In this document: positions 19,901 to 33,900 of the stretch, in pieces | Numbering within the stretch: position 1 is the stretch's first letter | Layout of the letters: the number at the start of each line of letters is the position of its first letter | From: Diplonema japonicum | Taxonomy: Eukaryota; Protista; Euglenozoa: Diplonemea | Assembly (NCBI GenBank): GCA_964019335.1 | Contig: OZ025746.1 | Coordinates: 124,001-188,000 of the forward strand | Direction of reading: 5' to 3' | DNA: 64,000 bases | Position numbers and translations under genes: made by a program | Notes under the pieces: model-generated | The model's input: only the letters and a program-made list of their open reading frames with translations | The model's database searches: none | What the model was told of the DNA's origin: nothing

Positions 19901-22900
19901 GTTGGTGTCGACTACGTCTACACTCTGTTTCTTCTCCTCGGTGAGGCCTGTTGTCTTGTTCTCCAGTTCATACAGAACGCTGATTTGGTAGTGGTGCCCG
20001 AGCCCTTGTTCGGTTGGGGTCGTGCGGATTTGCGACATATCTTCGCCTTTCAAACGCTTGTTCGGCGCCCGTTTCCAATCCAGTTGAATGAAGGACTCGC
20101 CCACATATGAGATAGAAAGCTGTAACAGGTTCTGCGTCATGAACTTTGTTGGTGCGGACCATTCCCCCCACTCTCCCTCGTAGCAGATCGCCAGCCTTAC
20201 TATGTACAAGTGGTTCGGGACAAGGTTTGCAACTGTGTACAAATTCAACGCAGTCTGTCCGGACTCGTCAATGGCTTCCAGTGTTCTGTCCTCTATTGTC
20301 CCGTCTTCACTGATGACCCGGAGTAGGAAGCAGTCTACTATCGTTTCCGATGGTACGTATATCTCACCCTTTCCTTCTTTTCTCTGCTCTGATTTCTCGC
20401 GGTGTTCCCTGACCCTGGCTTTGTGCGCTCTGGCTTCCTTCCGCTGCTTGTCCTTCATCTCCTGCGGGGGTTCCGTTTTGACCCACTGGACCCCGTTTCT
20501 CTCGGCTTGGTTCTTCTCAAGACGCTCCCTTTCCTCCTGTTGCCTGCGCAGTTCCTCGTACTCCTTCCGCTGTTTGTCTTGCTTTTGCTCGAGGAGGAGT
20601 TCCTCTTGAGACGGACGGTACCAATAAAGGTTGATGTAGTGCTCGCCAAATCGGGAATTGCATAGCTTTAAAGGGACGAGGGTTCGGGTGTTTGTCTTGG
20701 GGCTCCATATGCCCCATTCCCCATCGGCGTTCCGTGCACGGACGCTGAAGGTGTAGAGCGTGTCGGCAGAGAGACATTCGGTCTTTAGCGTAAACACACC
20801 ACGCCGCAGCTGAGAGTCGAGTAGGCAGCGGTCTGCGTCATCGTCAACATCTTCTACATTCTCAGAGGGATCGTCTTGAGTCTGGAACTGCGATCCCATG
20901 TCGTCTTCACCGCCTAACAGGTCTGGGGTGTCATCCTTCGCATCCGTCTTTATCTTGGCTTTCTTGCGGCCCTTGTTCTGGGTCTTTGCGCTTTTCCCGG
21001 TGGTGACAGCCGAACGCTGCTTCTGGTCTTTCTTTGTTCTCGTTGCCGCGGCGCGTTGCTCCCGTTTCTTTTTCCGTTCGGCCGCTGCTTGTAGAAATGG
21101 GTCGTCTGCAGGTAGGGTGCACGACGCAGGCGGGCACAAGGGGTAGCCCGAGTCGCCCCACATCTTCAAGTGGAACGCGGTGCAGTCTCTTGACGCTATG
21201 TTCAGGTTCTCTATCAACAGGTACGGGTCCGGGACGTACGCGGCCTCTTCTTCCTTTTTGGTGTCCTCAGCTTCCTCCTCTTCTACCTCCTGGTCGTGGC
21301 CGTGCTCTTGTTCCGCAACCCTCCGCTTGCGCTCCTTCTGGCGTTCCTCTTCAATCCGCTGGATCTCCTGCTGTTTTTTAAGCGAGATCTCCTGCAGCAC
21401 ACGGGAGTACTGGTCCGGGTTTTGATGCGCCCGGCCCCAATTTGCCCAGACGAAGGATTCGGTGACCTTTCCGATCGTGACAGCGATGGGGTTCAGGGTG
21501 AGGAGGCTGACCTTGTGCGACCACATTGACCAGACGGAGAGGGTGTTCTTGCTGCGAATGGTAATGGAGTAGAGCTGATCTGCGGATAACCCGGAGACGC
21601 GAAAGGTGTTCACATGCGGGGGCAGTTTGTGCTCGATGACCGATTCCGTCACAAGGCCTTCAACACAGAGCTCGAACTCTAGAACGTCGTAGTTCCCTGT
21701 TTTTACGTCGGCGTTGTCGGGGAGGTCCCACTCCTCCTGTGCCTTGTCGGGGGCGCGTATTTCAGAGGCTTCGCTTGGCATCTCCATTTCTGCTGTGGAT
21801 CCGGCTGACGATTGGGAATCGTTCCCCACCATCCAGTCTCCATAGTCGCGGTTCCACGACAGCAATGCGTTTTCCTCGTTGATTAGCTCGACGGTGACGG
21901 TCAGCATCTTCATGGTGACGAATAGTAACGGTTCGGACCACGCGCCCCAGTATTCTCCATCGGTCTGGCATCGAACCTTCACGCTGTACACCTTGTTCGG
22001 GCTCAGATCAAATATGTTCCACTCCGTCTCGCCCTTTTTGAACACTCTCAACATGTGGAATGGATCGGTCCGTTCTGTTATCACTTTCTTCTCGACTCTG
22101 TCGACGGAAACCTGGTACAGAGTTGACTCTGCCTCGGAGACGAATGTCTCGGCGGTTGGCGGGCGAGGTCGTGGGACACGCTCCCATTTCACACACCCGA
22201 AGCATTCTCCCAAATCAAGGAGTTTCAAACCGATGGGATCGAGGGTCTGGACTGTTCGCCGTTCGGACCACATCCCCCATGACCCTTCGAGGTCCTTCTC
22301 TCGAACGCCGACTGCGTATCGTGTTCCCGGTTGCATGTCCCACACTTCATACTTGGGCTGCGACACATCAAAATCCCGTTCAACATTGCTGTTGCTGTCC
22401 TTCACGTCCACGGGCGTGATATTCAATTGGTAGCTGTGCACGGCGTTCTCAGCAGGGAAGATACCGAGGTTGCGGTCGTGTGACCTGGTGTCGTTTTTGG
22501 GCCGGTCCCATGTGACGACGATGAAGTCTTCGCCGATGTATGACACGGATGTTCTCATTAATGGGAGGGTGATGATGACTTGCTCCTCAGACCAGAAGCC
22601 CCATTGCCCGGAGGCGGACAGAGCGCGCACCGAGATGGTGTACTTTGTGTTGGGTTCCAAATCAGCGATTCGTTTGGACAGCTCTTCTGCGTTCAGCTCG
22701 AACTCGCTGTGGTTGTCGTCCCACGAGACCTTGTGGCCGTGCACTCTGACAAGCCAGCGTTGCACTTCTTCGCTTCCCACCGCGATATCCGCGTCGTCCT
22801 CGTAGCCTCTTGCCATGGGGCTTCGTAGTAGATCGCTAGCTCTGTCGTTTGACTTCTCCTCATCTTCTTCGTTTTCTTCGTCTTCCTCGTCCTCTTCTAC

Positions 22901-25900
22901 TTCTTCGTCTTCTTCGAGAATGTTCGAGGCCTGGAACCCTAGCGAATCCAAGTCTTTGACACGTTCTCGCCGCCTGCCCCAATCCAAATGCACGAAGTTT
23001 TCCCCGACCATTTGGACCGACAGTTCAACGGGCCGTAAGGTGATGAACCTTCGAGTTGTGGACCATAGCCCCCAGTCGCCTTCCGCGTCTTTCATGCGGA
23101 CCATGACGTGGTATAGAGTGTCGACCTCTAGGCCTTCCACTTTGCATCCTTGGACACCAGGTTCCAAGGTTCTTTCAACGACAACACCCTGGCGGCCTTC
23201 AACTTTAACGTGAAACTCTTTGACACGGCTTGTTGGGATTTTGGTGGTAATGATGCCGTCGTCGCCTGGAACAGGGTCGGGCTGTGGGGTGGATCCCAAA
23301 ACAGCGTTACGTTCCCAGTTGACGCTTGCGTACGCCTCGCCGATGTCGTCGATGGTGAGCTGCAGCGGGGGAAGCGTGTGGACGCGCTTCTCAACAGACC
23401 AGACCCCCCAATCGCCGTTGAAGTTGCACGATGTTATCCAGACGGAGTACTCCGAATTGGGTTGGAGGTCCGGTACTTTGAAATCCTTGCAGGAGGTTGG
23501 GAGATCGTACAATCTTGTGCAGGTAGGGTTGTCGACCTCTGTCACCCTCAGACGGTACTTGGACACGTTGTGGCTTGCTTGCTTCATGTTAACCCCTGCG
23601 GTACCGGCGGAGTTCGTCGGACGTTCCCACTGAAGAACGACAAACTGCTCACCTATATTTCCGAATGATATTTCTAACCGGTTGAAACATTGGAAGTTGA
23701 GCCTGCTCCACTGGCCCCACGCGTCGTACCGCGAGCGTCCTCTGACCGCCACTTCGTAGACACCATTTGGAACCAACCCTCGAAGTGAATAACACCGTTT
23801 CGCGTCGCCCGGAAGCTCCGTTGTGTGGAAGAAACCATCGTCTCCAGAACATCGGATTTGATACTTCACAACAGAGGTGTCCGCAGAGACTACGGTGTTG
23901 ACACCGGGTTCCTCCGGAGCTGTCTCTGCTTGTCGGGAGAATGCGAGGCTGATGAAATCTTCGCCTATGGATTCAACGTCGATAGCCAAGCCTGCAACAG
24001 TTCGGAAGGCCTTGTCGGGGCTCCACAAACCCCAATCGTAGTTGTCGTTGAAGGTTCTGACGGCCACGTGGTACGTGGTTGCGGGGCGGTAGTCTTCAAT
24101 TGTAAGCGTTGTGAGGGCGGTGTCAATGTCGTAGGTTTGAATCTGCCCCGTGGGGGATTTCACCTTAACCTGTGACTTCGTGATGATGCCGCGTCCCTTT
24201 GCGATCTTGCTGTCCACGACGTTCTGCATGGGGCGCTCCCATGTCACCCTTGCGAAATCCTCACCGACTACGACGAACGAAATCTTGTTCGGTTTCAATG
24301 TAACAAGCTTCTGAACGGTCGACCACACGCCCCATGTACCCACCTCGACCTTTGACCGGACCGCTAATGAATAGTGCGTATCGGGTTTCATGTTTGGAAC
24401 AGTAAATGGGACTTCATTACTTGTGTCTGTGATCTCCGTCTCCATGACTATTTTCGTCTCGGGTGTGAGCGACCCTGCTTGGTCTAACTTGTCTACTGAA
24501 TCAGCCGAGTCCTGATTTTCTGTTCCACTGCCTAAAACACCAATTCCAGCCCATGATAGATGGCCTTGTGTCAACGGTCCAGTGGTGTCCTTTGTTGTAA
24601 CGCGTAGTTGGTAAACCGGTCGGCGTTGCCCGAAGCAGAATATCGGTTCTTCGTCCTTATTTGTGGGGACGACCTCTCTGGACTGTTCAGGACGGGACCA
24701 TTTGATCTTTGCGAACTCCTCGCCGATGAGCAGGGTGTTGACTTCGATAAGGCGGAGGGTGAGACATTCCAATGGACGAGACCAAAGCCCCCACTCATCG
24801 TCGTTGTAGTTCGCCTTGATGACGACACGGTAGCGGGTGTCAGGGCGAAGCCCGGCTACCCTGTACGGGGAGTCGGCTTCAACAAGCTCCGCGTCGAACG
24901 CAAAATCATCGTCGCCTGTGACTCGCAGATGGTACCGTGTGATGTAACCCCGCCCGCTGGGGTACCCTCTATCCCTGTCGTCTGACTTCTTCCGCTCCCA
25001 TCTGACAACGATGTAGTCCTCCGCGATCTCCAATGTCCGCATAACAATCGTCGCCCTCGTCTGAAACCGTACATCGCAGGACCAGATTCCCCATTCCCCT
25101 GAACTGTTGCAGCACCGCATTTGAATACAATACGCTGTTGCGGGTTTAAGCCCGTAAACCTTCAGATCCCTCACAACTGCTTCCAGGGTTCGGTCCAAAC
25201 TGTATGAATCGTCAAGACCACGAATCCGAAGCTGCTGTGACGTGACGCTGTAATCGCCCTTGTGCGTTTGCGTCGGGAGGAGCGGGTTGTCATCACGACC
25301 CCATGTGAAGTGCACGTAGTTCTCACCGATAGACAGCTCGTTGACAGGGATGACAAAGGGGGCAACGGTGCGGAATTTCAACGGTTCCGACCACAAACCT
25401 TTGATACCGGTCTTGGTAGAAGCTCGCACGACAATGGCATAGTCACGATCAGCCTGAAGATCAGGGATACGGTAAGAAGTGTGGGATGGGTCGAGAATCT
25501 TGTCAAATACAAACGATGACCCAGCTGCAGGTGGGTATGGATCACAATCTGGACTTTCTTCACTCGACGTAGAATGAGAATGCGAAATGGACGGAGGAGC
25601 CACACGTGACTCTGACATTTCCATGGTAGCACCCTCTTCCACAACATAGAGTAACAGCCGGTACTTCGACACGAACTCATCAGCGCCGAAAACGTTGTCG
25701 AGTCGGGTTGAGGCAGGTCCTGTTGCCTCTCGCTCCCACACGACTCTTGCAAAATCCTCGCCGACTTCGTGATGTTTCAAGACGATGCCCGAAAGTGTTC
25801 TGAAGTAAACGGTCGACCACAGACCCCATTGTTCTTTTTCGTCGCACGCCCTCACCGCGACGCTGTACGTGGTGTTCGGGGCTAACAGGTTTATCCGGTA

Positions 25901-27625
25901 ATCTGTTTCCAAGACCTCTTTGTGCAGGATTTCGTCTTCACCGGTGTCGACACACCCCAGCACGACTTCGTACTTCAGATCAAACCACGTGCTTTCCTTT
26001 GCAGATCCTGTTGCAGTAGTTCCTGGTTTGTCTTCTGTCGTGGGTTGCAACGCGCGTTTCCAGGACAGTTGCAAGAAATCCTCACCGATGTCGACAAGGC
26101 GCAACACAACAGGGCGAAGTGTTGTCATAACGATGGGGTCTGACCACATCCCGTGGCCTCCGTCGGGTAGAATGGTGCGTATGTTGATTTTGTACTGTGT
26201 TTGCGGGGTAAGGTGCGGGACCCTGTACCCGGGACACGCCCCGGTAAACTCTTTGTCATGCGTCACACTGCCGTCAGAAACGTTCACCGCTTGGATTTGA
26301 TACGTGGAGGTACCCTCCCACGACACAGATATAAAATCTTCCCCACGTTCACAGCATGTTACAGTGGGCCGGGGTTCCGTGTTGAATTCTGTTCCTTCGC
26401 ACCACAAACCCCATATGTCGTTTCTGCAAGCTCTTGTGAAGATTTTGTACCGTTTTCCAGGTGTCAAATCGGGGACGGTGACAATGTGCTGGTCGGCTCT
26501 GACCTGTTGTATAGGGTACGTCACGTCGGTGTTGAACTTGTGGCCGACGCCGAGGATGTTCAGCCGGTAGCTGTCGTCCAGCTCGTCGTCGAGCTTTTGC
26601 TTCCGGCACCACCGCACCTTCACGAACCACTCCCCGCGGAGGAGCACCTCCGTGCCGACCAGTGAGATCGTTCGAACGGAGACCGTGCCAGAGTACACCC
26701 CCCACCTCGCATGCGTTGACATCGATCTTACCTTCACCGTATACGTTTCAGAAGGAAGAAGCCCTGTCACCGTGTACATAGTGTCTGTTGGTTGAAGTTC
26801 TATAACATCAGACAGCATGTTCCGCCCTCCTCCATCTACAACAAGCTCGTATTGCAGAGCCTGCACAACGGACTTCTGGTACACAGAATCCGATGTGTCG
26901 TGAGGGGCAGGCCCGCGTCCCCACGACGCTGACAGAAAGTCTTCCCCTACACCTGTTATGTTGATGACGAAGGTCGGTTGAGTCTCGAATCGTAGGACCT
27001 CTTTCCACTGCCGTTGGTGGCCGAGAAGGGTTTGCCAGCTTGTCATGACGATGTACCTGGAGCCAGGGGACAGGCCGTACACGGTGTAGGATCTCACACC
27101 AACTTCGAAACTCTGGTGAAAGACGACCTCCATGTCGCTTTGTCCTAGGATCTTTATCTGGTACCCTGTGATGGAGCGCAATGCTGATGAAAGTGCTGGT
27201 TCTTCCTCTTCGCAATCGCCTCCTTCGTTGGGCTGCGGTGTGCGGTCCCATTTGAACGCGGCGCAGTCTTCACCGATCGACGTGCATTTGGTTGTGACTT
27301 CCATCAGCATCGAGAATTTACCGGTGGCGGGGGGGCCCCAGGAACCGTTTTGAAACAGTTTCACTGTGAACATGTAGGTTTTCCCCGGGCGGAGCTTCAC
27401 GATCTTGCTGGGTTTCCCCGCAACGTTCGCCGAGTGCACCTCCTGCATCGCCTCCGTCTTCACGAGCAACGACCACTTCTCCGGGACGGCCTTCGAGGTG
27501 TACCCTAGCTCCACGAACATCTCCCCGACACGGATCACCCTGCAGCGGCATTCCAAGAGAGTTGTCTCCGACTCCTTCCTCTCCGCAACCTTTGCGTAGC
27601 TCGGAGCCTGTAAGGCTTCCGTCAT
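13668..27625 (-). CDS. Giant fibronectin type III repeat protein, ~4228 aa; predicted exons 27625-15080, 15029-14964, 13742-13668
   Basis: About 30 repeats of GE(D/N)F..V.W.R...L.P.T.Y.V.VR....WG.WS. A 50-nt intron (15030-15079) and a 1221-nt intron (13743-14963, GTATGT..CAG) give an in-frame C-terminus ending ...HSDDST*. The two last exons are inferred. Confidence 0.8.
13808..14901 (-). ncRNA. Tandem array of 7 box C/D snoRNA-like units (107-114 nt), intronic
   Basis: Each unit reads ATGATGA (C) ... hairpin ... TGATGA (C') ... CTGA (D). Units: 13808-13921, 13964-14071, 14130-14236, 14303-14411, 14464-14577, 14620-14726, 14791-14901. Spacers are variable. Confidence 0.7.
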
Positions 27626-27949
27626 TTTCTTTTTTCCACTCTCGTTTGTTCGCGGGTTGCCCCACCCCCTCCCTCCCCCCCCCTTTTTTTTCTTTCTTTC
27701 CCTTTCCAAAAAGGTAGGGAAACAAAAAAAAAAACAGCCAGTACACCCTTAACAAATAAGAAAACGACAAATACGAGACGATAATAGGGCGGGGAGGGGG
27801 AAAGGGTTTAAAGCAGAAAAAATGGGGGGGGGGAAGAAGTAAATCTAAGCAGTGGCGCAGGGGGGGTGGTGGAGGATGCAAAATCTATCTATGCCATCTA
27901 AACTAAAGTTATATATAAGGGAAGGGGGGGAAAAAAAAACAAACAGAAT

Positions 27950-30690
27950 CTAAAGACTCGTTTCACCATCGTCTTCAAAGTATTCGTAGCTTTGCCTCGT
28001 GCCAGGCGGGGAGGGGGGCGCCCTTGTCGGGGGCGATATCAAATCGTTGAACCGATAGTGCGGGTCGGCCACCGGTTCTCTGAAGGCATACAAATTCTCA
28101 TCGAACTCATCCTCTTCCTCAAAATCATCCTCTACGGGTTGGAGCAGCCTCTCGGGGGACGCCTCCACCTCCTCTTCTTCATATATGTCTTCATCTTCCG
28201 CTTGTCTTTGAACAGGGGAAAGACCTATCCCAGCTACATACGACCTAAGCTGAGCTTGCTGTTCCTGCCTTCGAATCTGCTGTTGCCTCAGCGACTCGTG
28301 AATGGCAGAGATCGATGAGTTCAATACCGTGCTTGGTTTGGCTTTGAGGGGCAACCCCATCCCTCCTACGGTGGCCCCCATATGCGAAGAAGAGGAAACC
28401 GGTTGTTGTTGTTGTTCCTCCGGAGAGGGGGATGATATGAACCGCATGCCTGTTGAAGAAGACACCGGTTGTTCTTCCTCTTCTTCTTCTTCTTCTTCGA
28501 GCTGTATCGGGTGCTGTTGTTGTTGTTGTTGTTGTTGTTGCACCGGTGTTGGTGCCGGTGCTGGTGCTGCCGGTTGTGCGGTTGTCCGTTCGGCGAGTTC
28601 TTTCACCATGCCGAAAAGCATGCTTACCTGCTTTTGAAGGTTTTGAATCTCCGCTTTGTCGCGCTGTTTCTCATGCAACTCCAACTGCTGTGATGTGTAA
28701 GCTTTGTTTGTCCTCACTCTTGAGGCATAGCCGCGGAGGACTCGTTGCAACACCGCCACAGGTTTTCTGTAACTCCGCCAGTAGGCCAGGTACTTCATCT
28801 TCCTTGCCCTGACACGTTTCTTTGCGAAATGCATTCTGACGATGGACTGGATCTTCGTGGCGGCCCTGTGTTTCATCCTTGTGACGTAGTGGTGCGTCCC
28901 ACGGGAGTCGTTCCATAGAACGCGGAGCGCGTTTTGAAGAAGCTGGTTTTCCTCCGTGAGCTCGGCGACCCTTCTCTCTAGATACCTGGTTGCTATCCCG
29001 TTAACAAACGTCCCTCTGTTGTTCTTCTTTGTAACCCGCACGCGGTGTCCCTTCCAGCACGCTTGGATGGTCAAGCAAGCGTTGTAACGAAGCCGGATGT
29101 CCTCCAACCGGATTCTCACAATGAAACCTCTGACGATTTTTTGGATCTTCACAGCGAAGAAGTCCTCCCGTTGCATCCGGGTAACACGGCGGCAAGGGAC
29201 CAGCGAGAGCCGCTTCTCGTTGTCGCCCCACGAGAAAATCTGGTAGTTTTTCCGAGCCTGCTTTCGAGACAACAGAACAGCCGCTTCCTCGTTGACACTC
29301 TCGCTGATTCTGCACTGAAGCCGGGACGGGGCTTTACGTTTCTTGGCAGAGCTATACACAGTCAACTGCCTCAGCCGCATCAATATTGGGAACGGGACGT
29401 TATTTCTGGTCAGAATCGATCGAGTCCAAGCTTGAAGTTTCACCACGGACTCTTTACGTTTGTTCATGTGGGACCGGTGTAGAACACGGACAATCTGGCT
29501 CATTTCCTTGACTTTCTTACCCATCGAGGTCATTTGCTGCAAGTCCTGCACGGTACCGCCGCTTCTGGCCTGCCGTTGCCTGTGAGTGGGTATTGTTGAG
29601 GCAAGGTGTTCAACAAGACGTTTCGAATCGGTCTTTGAGTCAAGCAGCAGCACCATGTCTGAGATACCTCCTGACCCATCGTCGAATAACGAAGTTGCGG
29701 TTTGTACGTCAGATTGGGTGAGGGGCGTCCCGTTGATGGCGGTGAGGAGTGGGCAAAGCCATGCAAGGAGGTATCTATACTCAAAGGGGAGGTTGTTTGC
29801 AAAAGGGTTCATCCGGGTGTCGACGGCTTCGAGGTGCTCCATCGCAGCGAGGTACCGCAGGTCCATCCAGTCCGAGACCTTGTTGTTGCTGACGCCCAGC
29901 CTTCTGAGCGACATCCAGGCGTCGATCCCCACGTCGTCGGGCAGGCTGCGCAAGGTGTCTATAGCATTTCCGTCAAGAAGCAGCTCTAGCACACTGCATT
30001 TCGTGAGGCACGGTGCCTTCGTCAGCTTGTTGTCACGGAGGTTCAACACCTTCATTGAAGTGCAACCCGTAAAGGCGTCGGAAGGAACCACCTGCAGCCG
30101 ATTGCTTTGCAAGTCGAGGATCTCAAGATTGTGCATCCCATTGAACGCACCGGATTCTAATTTTTTTTTTAAATAAAAAAAATAATAATAATAATAATAA
30201 TACCGATCGTGGAAATTTCATTATTTGAAAGGATCACCGTGCGCAGGTCTTTGAAATAGCTGAGGCGGGGCACTGCGGTGAGCCTGTTTTTTTTCTGTTA
30301 AAAAGCCCCCCTCTCCTACCTGTTGCCAGTGGCGTTCAATTTCACGCAGTTCGCATGGGCAGTGGACACAACAACAGCAAGCGATGTGATCCCCATGTTC
30401 GACACATCTATGTGCAACGGGTCGCCTGGTTCCTGCTGTTGCTGCTGTTGTTGTTGTTGAGGTTGTTGTTGTTGTTGGTTGGCAAGAGGCTGTGGCTGTT
30501 GTTGTTTTAGAACCCTTTGCTGTTGGGCCTGGTGTTGAGGGGTCGTATGTGGGGTCGTGTGAGGGGTGCCTTGGAAGCTCGCCACGCTTCGCCTCACGCC
30601 ACCGTCATAGGAAGATTGCACGCTGAACGGGGCGGGGGGCTGCGCCACCGTCGGTATTACAGGAGCAGGCATAGGCTGATCGATATTCAT
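27950..30690 (-). CDS. LRR + IQ + coiled-coil protein, CEP97-like, 885 aa; exons 30690-30320, 30283-30204, 30156-27950
   Basis: Introns 30284-30319 (36 nt) and 30157-30203 (47 nt) restore continuous LRRs (LNATGNR|LTAVP..LRTVILSNNEISTIE|SGAF). LRR cap FEYRYLLAW and several IQxxxRG motifs follow. Confidence 0.8.
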
Positions 30691-30963
30691 AAACTACTCA
30701 GAAAACTTTTTTTTTTGTAACTAGATATGCCTACCTAGCATTGGGGTTGCCACCTGAGGGGTGGAGGTAAGTTTTTTTTTTTTTTTTTTTTTTTTTTTTG
30801 TGAGGTATATGTTTAAAAAAAAAAATTTTTTTTTTGAGACAAGCAAAAAAGAAGTGGGCGAAGAAGGAGAGAAAAAAAGAACTGGAGATAATAAAAAAAA
30901 AAAAAAAATAAAAGAGATGAGATAAAGGAGGTTCCTGTTTTGGAACGTCCCCCTTGTCTCTAC

Positions 30964-33900
30964 TTATCTACCCCTTTCTCCCTTCTGGGGCCTCGGCCTT
31001 TCTTTCTTTTTTGGCTGTGTTGCCTTCCTCAAAGTATCCTCCCTTTCTTCTTGCCACTTTCTGCCCAGTTTCTTAAGGTCCTTCTTGGTTTTCTCTGATG
31101 CAAAAACTGGCCTTCTGTTCCATCCCAGACTCTTCTTCGCACCTATGGTTCTAAGCGCGTGGTTCTTCTGGCTCTCCGCTGGGAAGATCCGTTTGCCTCT
31201 GACCTTCTTCTGTATGCGTGCTGTGTCCCACCCCTCTTGGATTCTTTCCAGGAGGCCGTGGAAACTCCGCGCTTTCTTCTGTATCATGTCTAGATCACCC
31301 TTCTTCCCCGTGATCGGCTCGACGCCCAGCGTGTTCTCGAAGTCTAGTACGAGTTCCATTGTGGTGACTGTCGTCTTCCTCGGTCCATCGTACCACTTCA
31401 GCTTTTTGAGCCACTTGACGATGTCTTCACCGTGCTTCATCATCAGGCTCCCGCTCACATGCTTCCTCAGCTCCTTCCATTCAGGTGGCGCATGAGCGTT
31501 TCCTTCCGTTACCTGTTCCCAGGGGTGCGTCGTGTACGTTTCTAGCTTTCTCTTGTCCTGGAGAAGCTGGTCCCGTTTTGCCACCACTTCCAGCAGGTAG
31601 TATTGCGTCTTCCTCAGCCGGTGTTGGTGTGTTCGGTGACCACGCGGGAGCGTTCCATGTAGCTGCATGCAGATTGGCATTTCCGTCTTGCTGGCCACTA
31701 CTTCTGCATGTACTTCCTTCTGTTGCACCTCCTTCGCCACACTGCATTCCCATAATGCGTGTCGCAGCATGTTGCTCTCGTCCTCCTCCGCACCGCACGC
31801 GTCGCATGTGACTTCGTCTGTTGTTGGTCTCTTGTTCACACGCTCGTGTGTCTCGTCCCCTTCCTCTTCCGAGCTGTCCTCGCTTTCGCTCTGCTCGCCC
31901 TCTGGGGGTGGTACCCGTCTGGTGATTTTGTCCTGGTACCACGCCTTTGGGTGGGTGTAGAAAACCCCTCCCGCCACGATCCTCCGGAGGTCTCTCGCTG
32001 CCATTGCTCCTTGTGGTCCGAGTCTCATCAGCTCTCGCCACAGGTCGTTCGTGCGTGGGTCTGCGCCCCGGTCTAACCCCTCCATCGAGCGTCTTCTGTC
32101 CTGTATGTGTTCCGCACGTCCCGACCTTAGCTTTTCTCGCACTACATGTGCGAATTTGTCCTTGTTCTCAGCTAGCATTTCGGTGAACTGCCCCCAGTTT
32201 GTGCTGATCTTCGGGAGCCACCGCTTCATCGCGTTGCCTATCGGGCCCAAAGGTGTCGTTCTTGTCGGGTCTTGGTACCCTTTGGCAAGTCTCTGGCACC
32301 GCTCCCACACCTCTCCCAATTTTCGTCTCGTTCTGTATATGGCTGCTAGTGCTCTGTAGGGCGCTGCTACCTCTGGGTCGTGTGTGTGTCCGCTGAACAG
32401 GTTTGACAGCACCGCCGCTGGTGATCTTGTTCTGTACCTCGGTCCCCACAAGGCGTATGTCGCGGTTGATGTGAGCGATTTGAGGTATCCTTCCGACGGC
32501 GGCGCGAATGCAACATCATACAGACAGCTGGGTAGCACCGTTGTTCGCAGGACTTCCGCTTTCTGCCAGAAAGAGAGCTGAGTGGTCGCGAGCCTCCGTA
32601 GCGTGTCGCCCGCCGCCCTGGCCCTGGTGTTGTCCGTCTGCGTCTGACCATCCGTGCGTATCCTCGCCCCCAGGATCTTGATCTTGTTCGTGGACCGCAG
32701 CTGCCTTCCTGCTACCTCTATCCCTGGTGCCTTCGCTCCTGCTGCGAACACTTCGGACTTCTTCGTGTTGAGCTCCATGCCAACTATGTCGCAGAATGCG
32801 GATGCACTGTCCGTGGCTTTTTGTAGTACTTCTGCTAGTTTCGCCAACAGGTATGCGTCGTCCGCATACGACAGAGTCTCCGCTCCCGTTCGTTCCTCCA
32901 CACTCCTCATCAAGACCGCTAGTAGAGCGTTGATCATGATGATGGAGATCGGGCACCCTTGCAGGATTCCGTTTGTGGTTGTGAACTCCTCGCCTACTCC
33001 TGTCGCGTATCTGAATCTCCTTCTGAGACCCTTGTACATCCCTTCTAACGCTCTCAGGATACCTTTGTCCATTCCCATCCGTTCCATCAGCTTCAGCACC
33101 AGTTGTTGTGGAACTGTGTCAAAACACTTGGCGAAGTCTAGTGCGACACCCAACAACGGTGTCTTGTCCATCGCTGCTTCCTCTATCCTGGTGCAGATGT
33201 CCATGAGAACGTCCTCTGTCCCATGTCTGGCCCTAAACCCGTGTTGAGTTTTGTGGATCCAGGATTCTTGCCATTCGAGAATATCACCAAGCCTTGTGCA
33301 CGCCCATAATCTGTACACTGCCGACGTGACTGTTATGGGCCGATGCTCGAGTGGTCCTGCGTTCTTGGTCTTCGGGATAAGGGTCACCAGAGCTGTCAAC
33401 GCCGACTCCGGCCATTTTCCTGTCTCCTCTACCTCATTGAGGAAAACAGCCCATGCGTCCAATATGGATACTGGTAGCCTTCGTAGCTCTGCCATCCGCC
33501 AGCCGTCTACCCCCGCTGCGCTTCTGGCCGTCTTTTTCTTCAGCACCTGCTTCAGGCGTATCCCAGTGATCGGTGTCCACACCATGTCTCTTTTTTCGAT
33601 GTACGCACCGTACTCCTTCTCGAATGTTGCGTACGCGGGCTGGGGCTTGTCTCTGTATTTCGCAAAGACATGTTCCCAATGTTCCCTCATTGTCCTGTCC
33701 AATTCCTGCGGGTTTGCAATCGTGTCCTTTTCCATCTCCACAGTTGCTGTCCCCCGCTTGTCCTCGATTCCTTTCGCGCTGTCCACGAGCTCCTTCGTCT
33801 CTTTTCCTTGTTCGACTGAGTCAAGGTAGCTCCTGTGCCTTGCCGTGCGCTGTTCCTTCACCATCTCCCGTTCGCGTCTCTCCACCGCCTCTGACATGAT

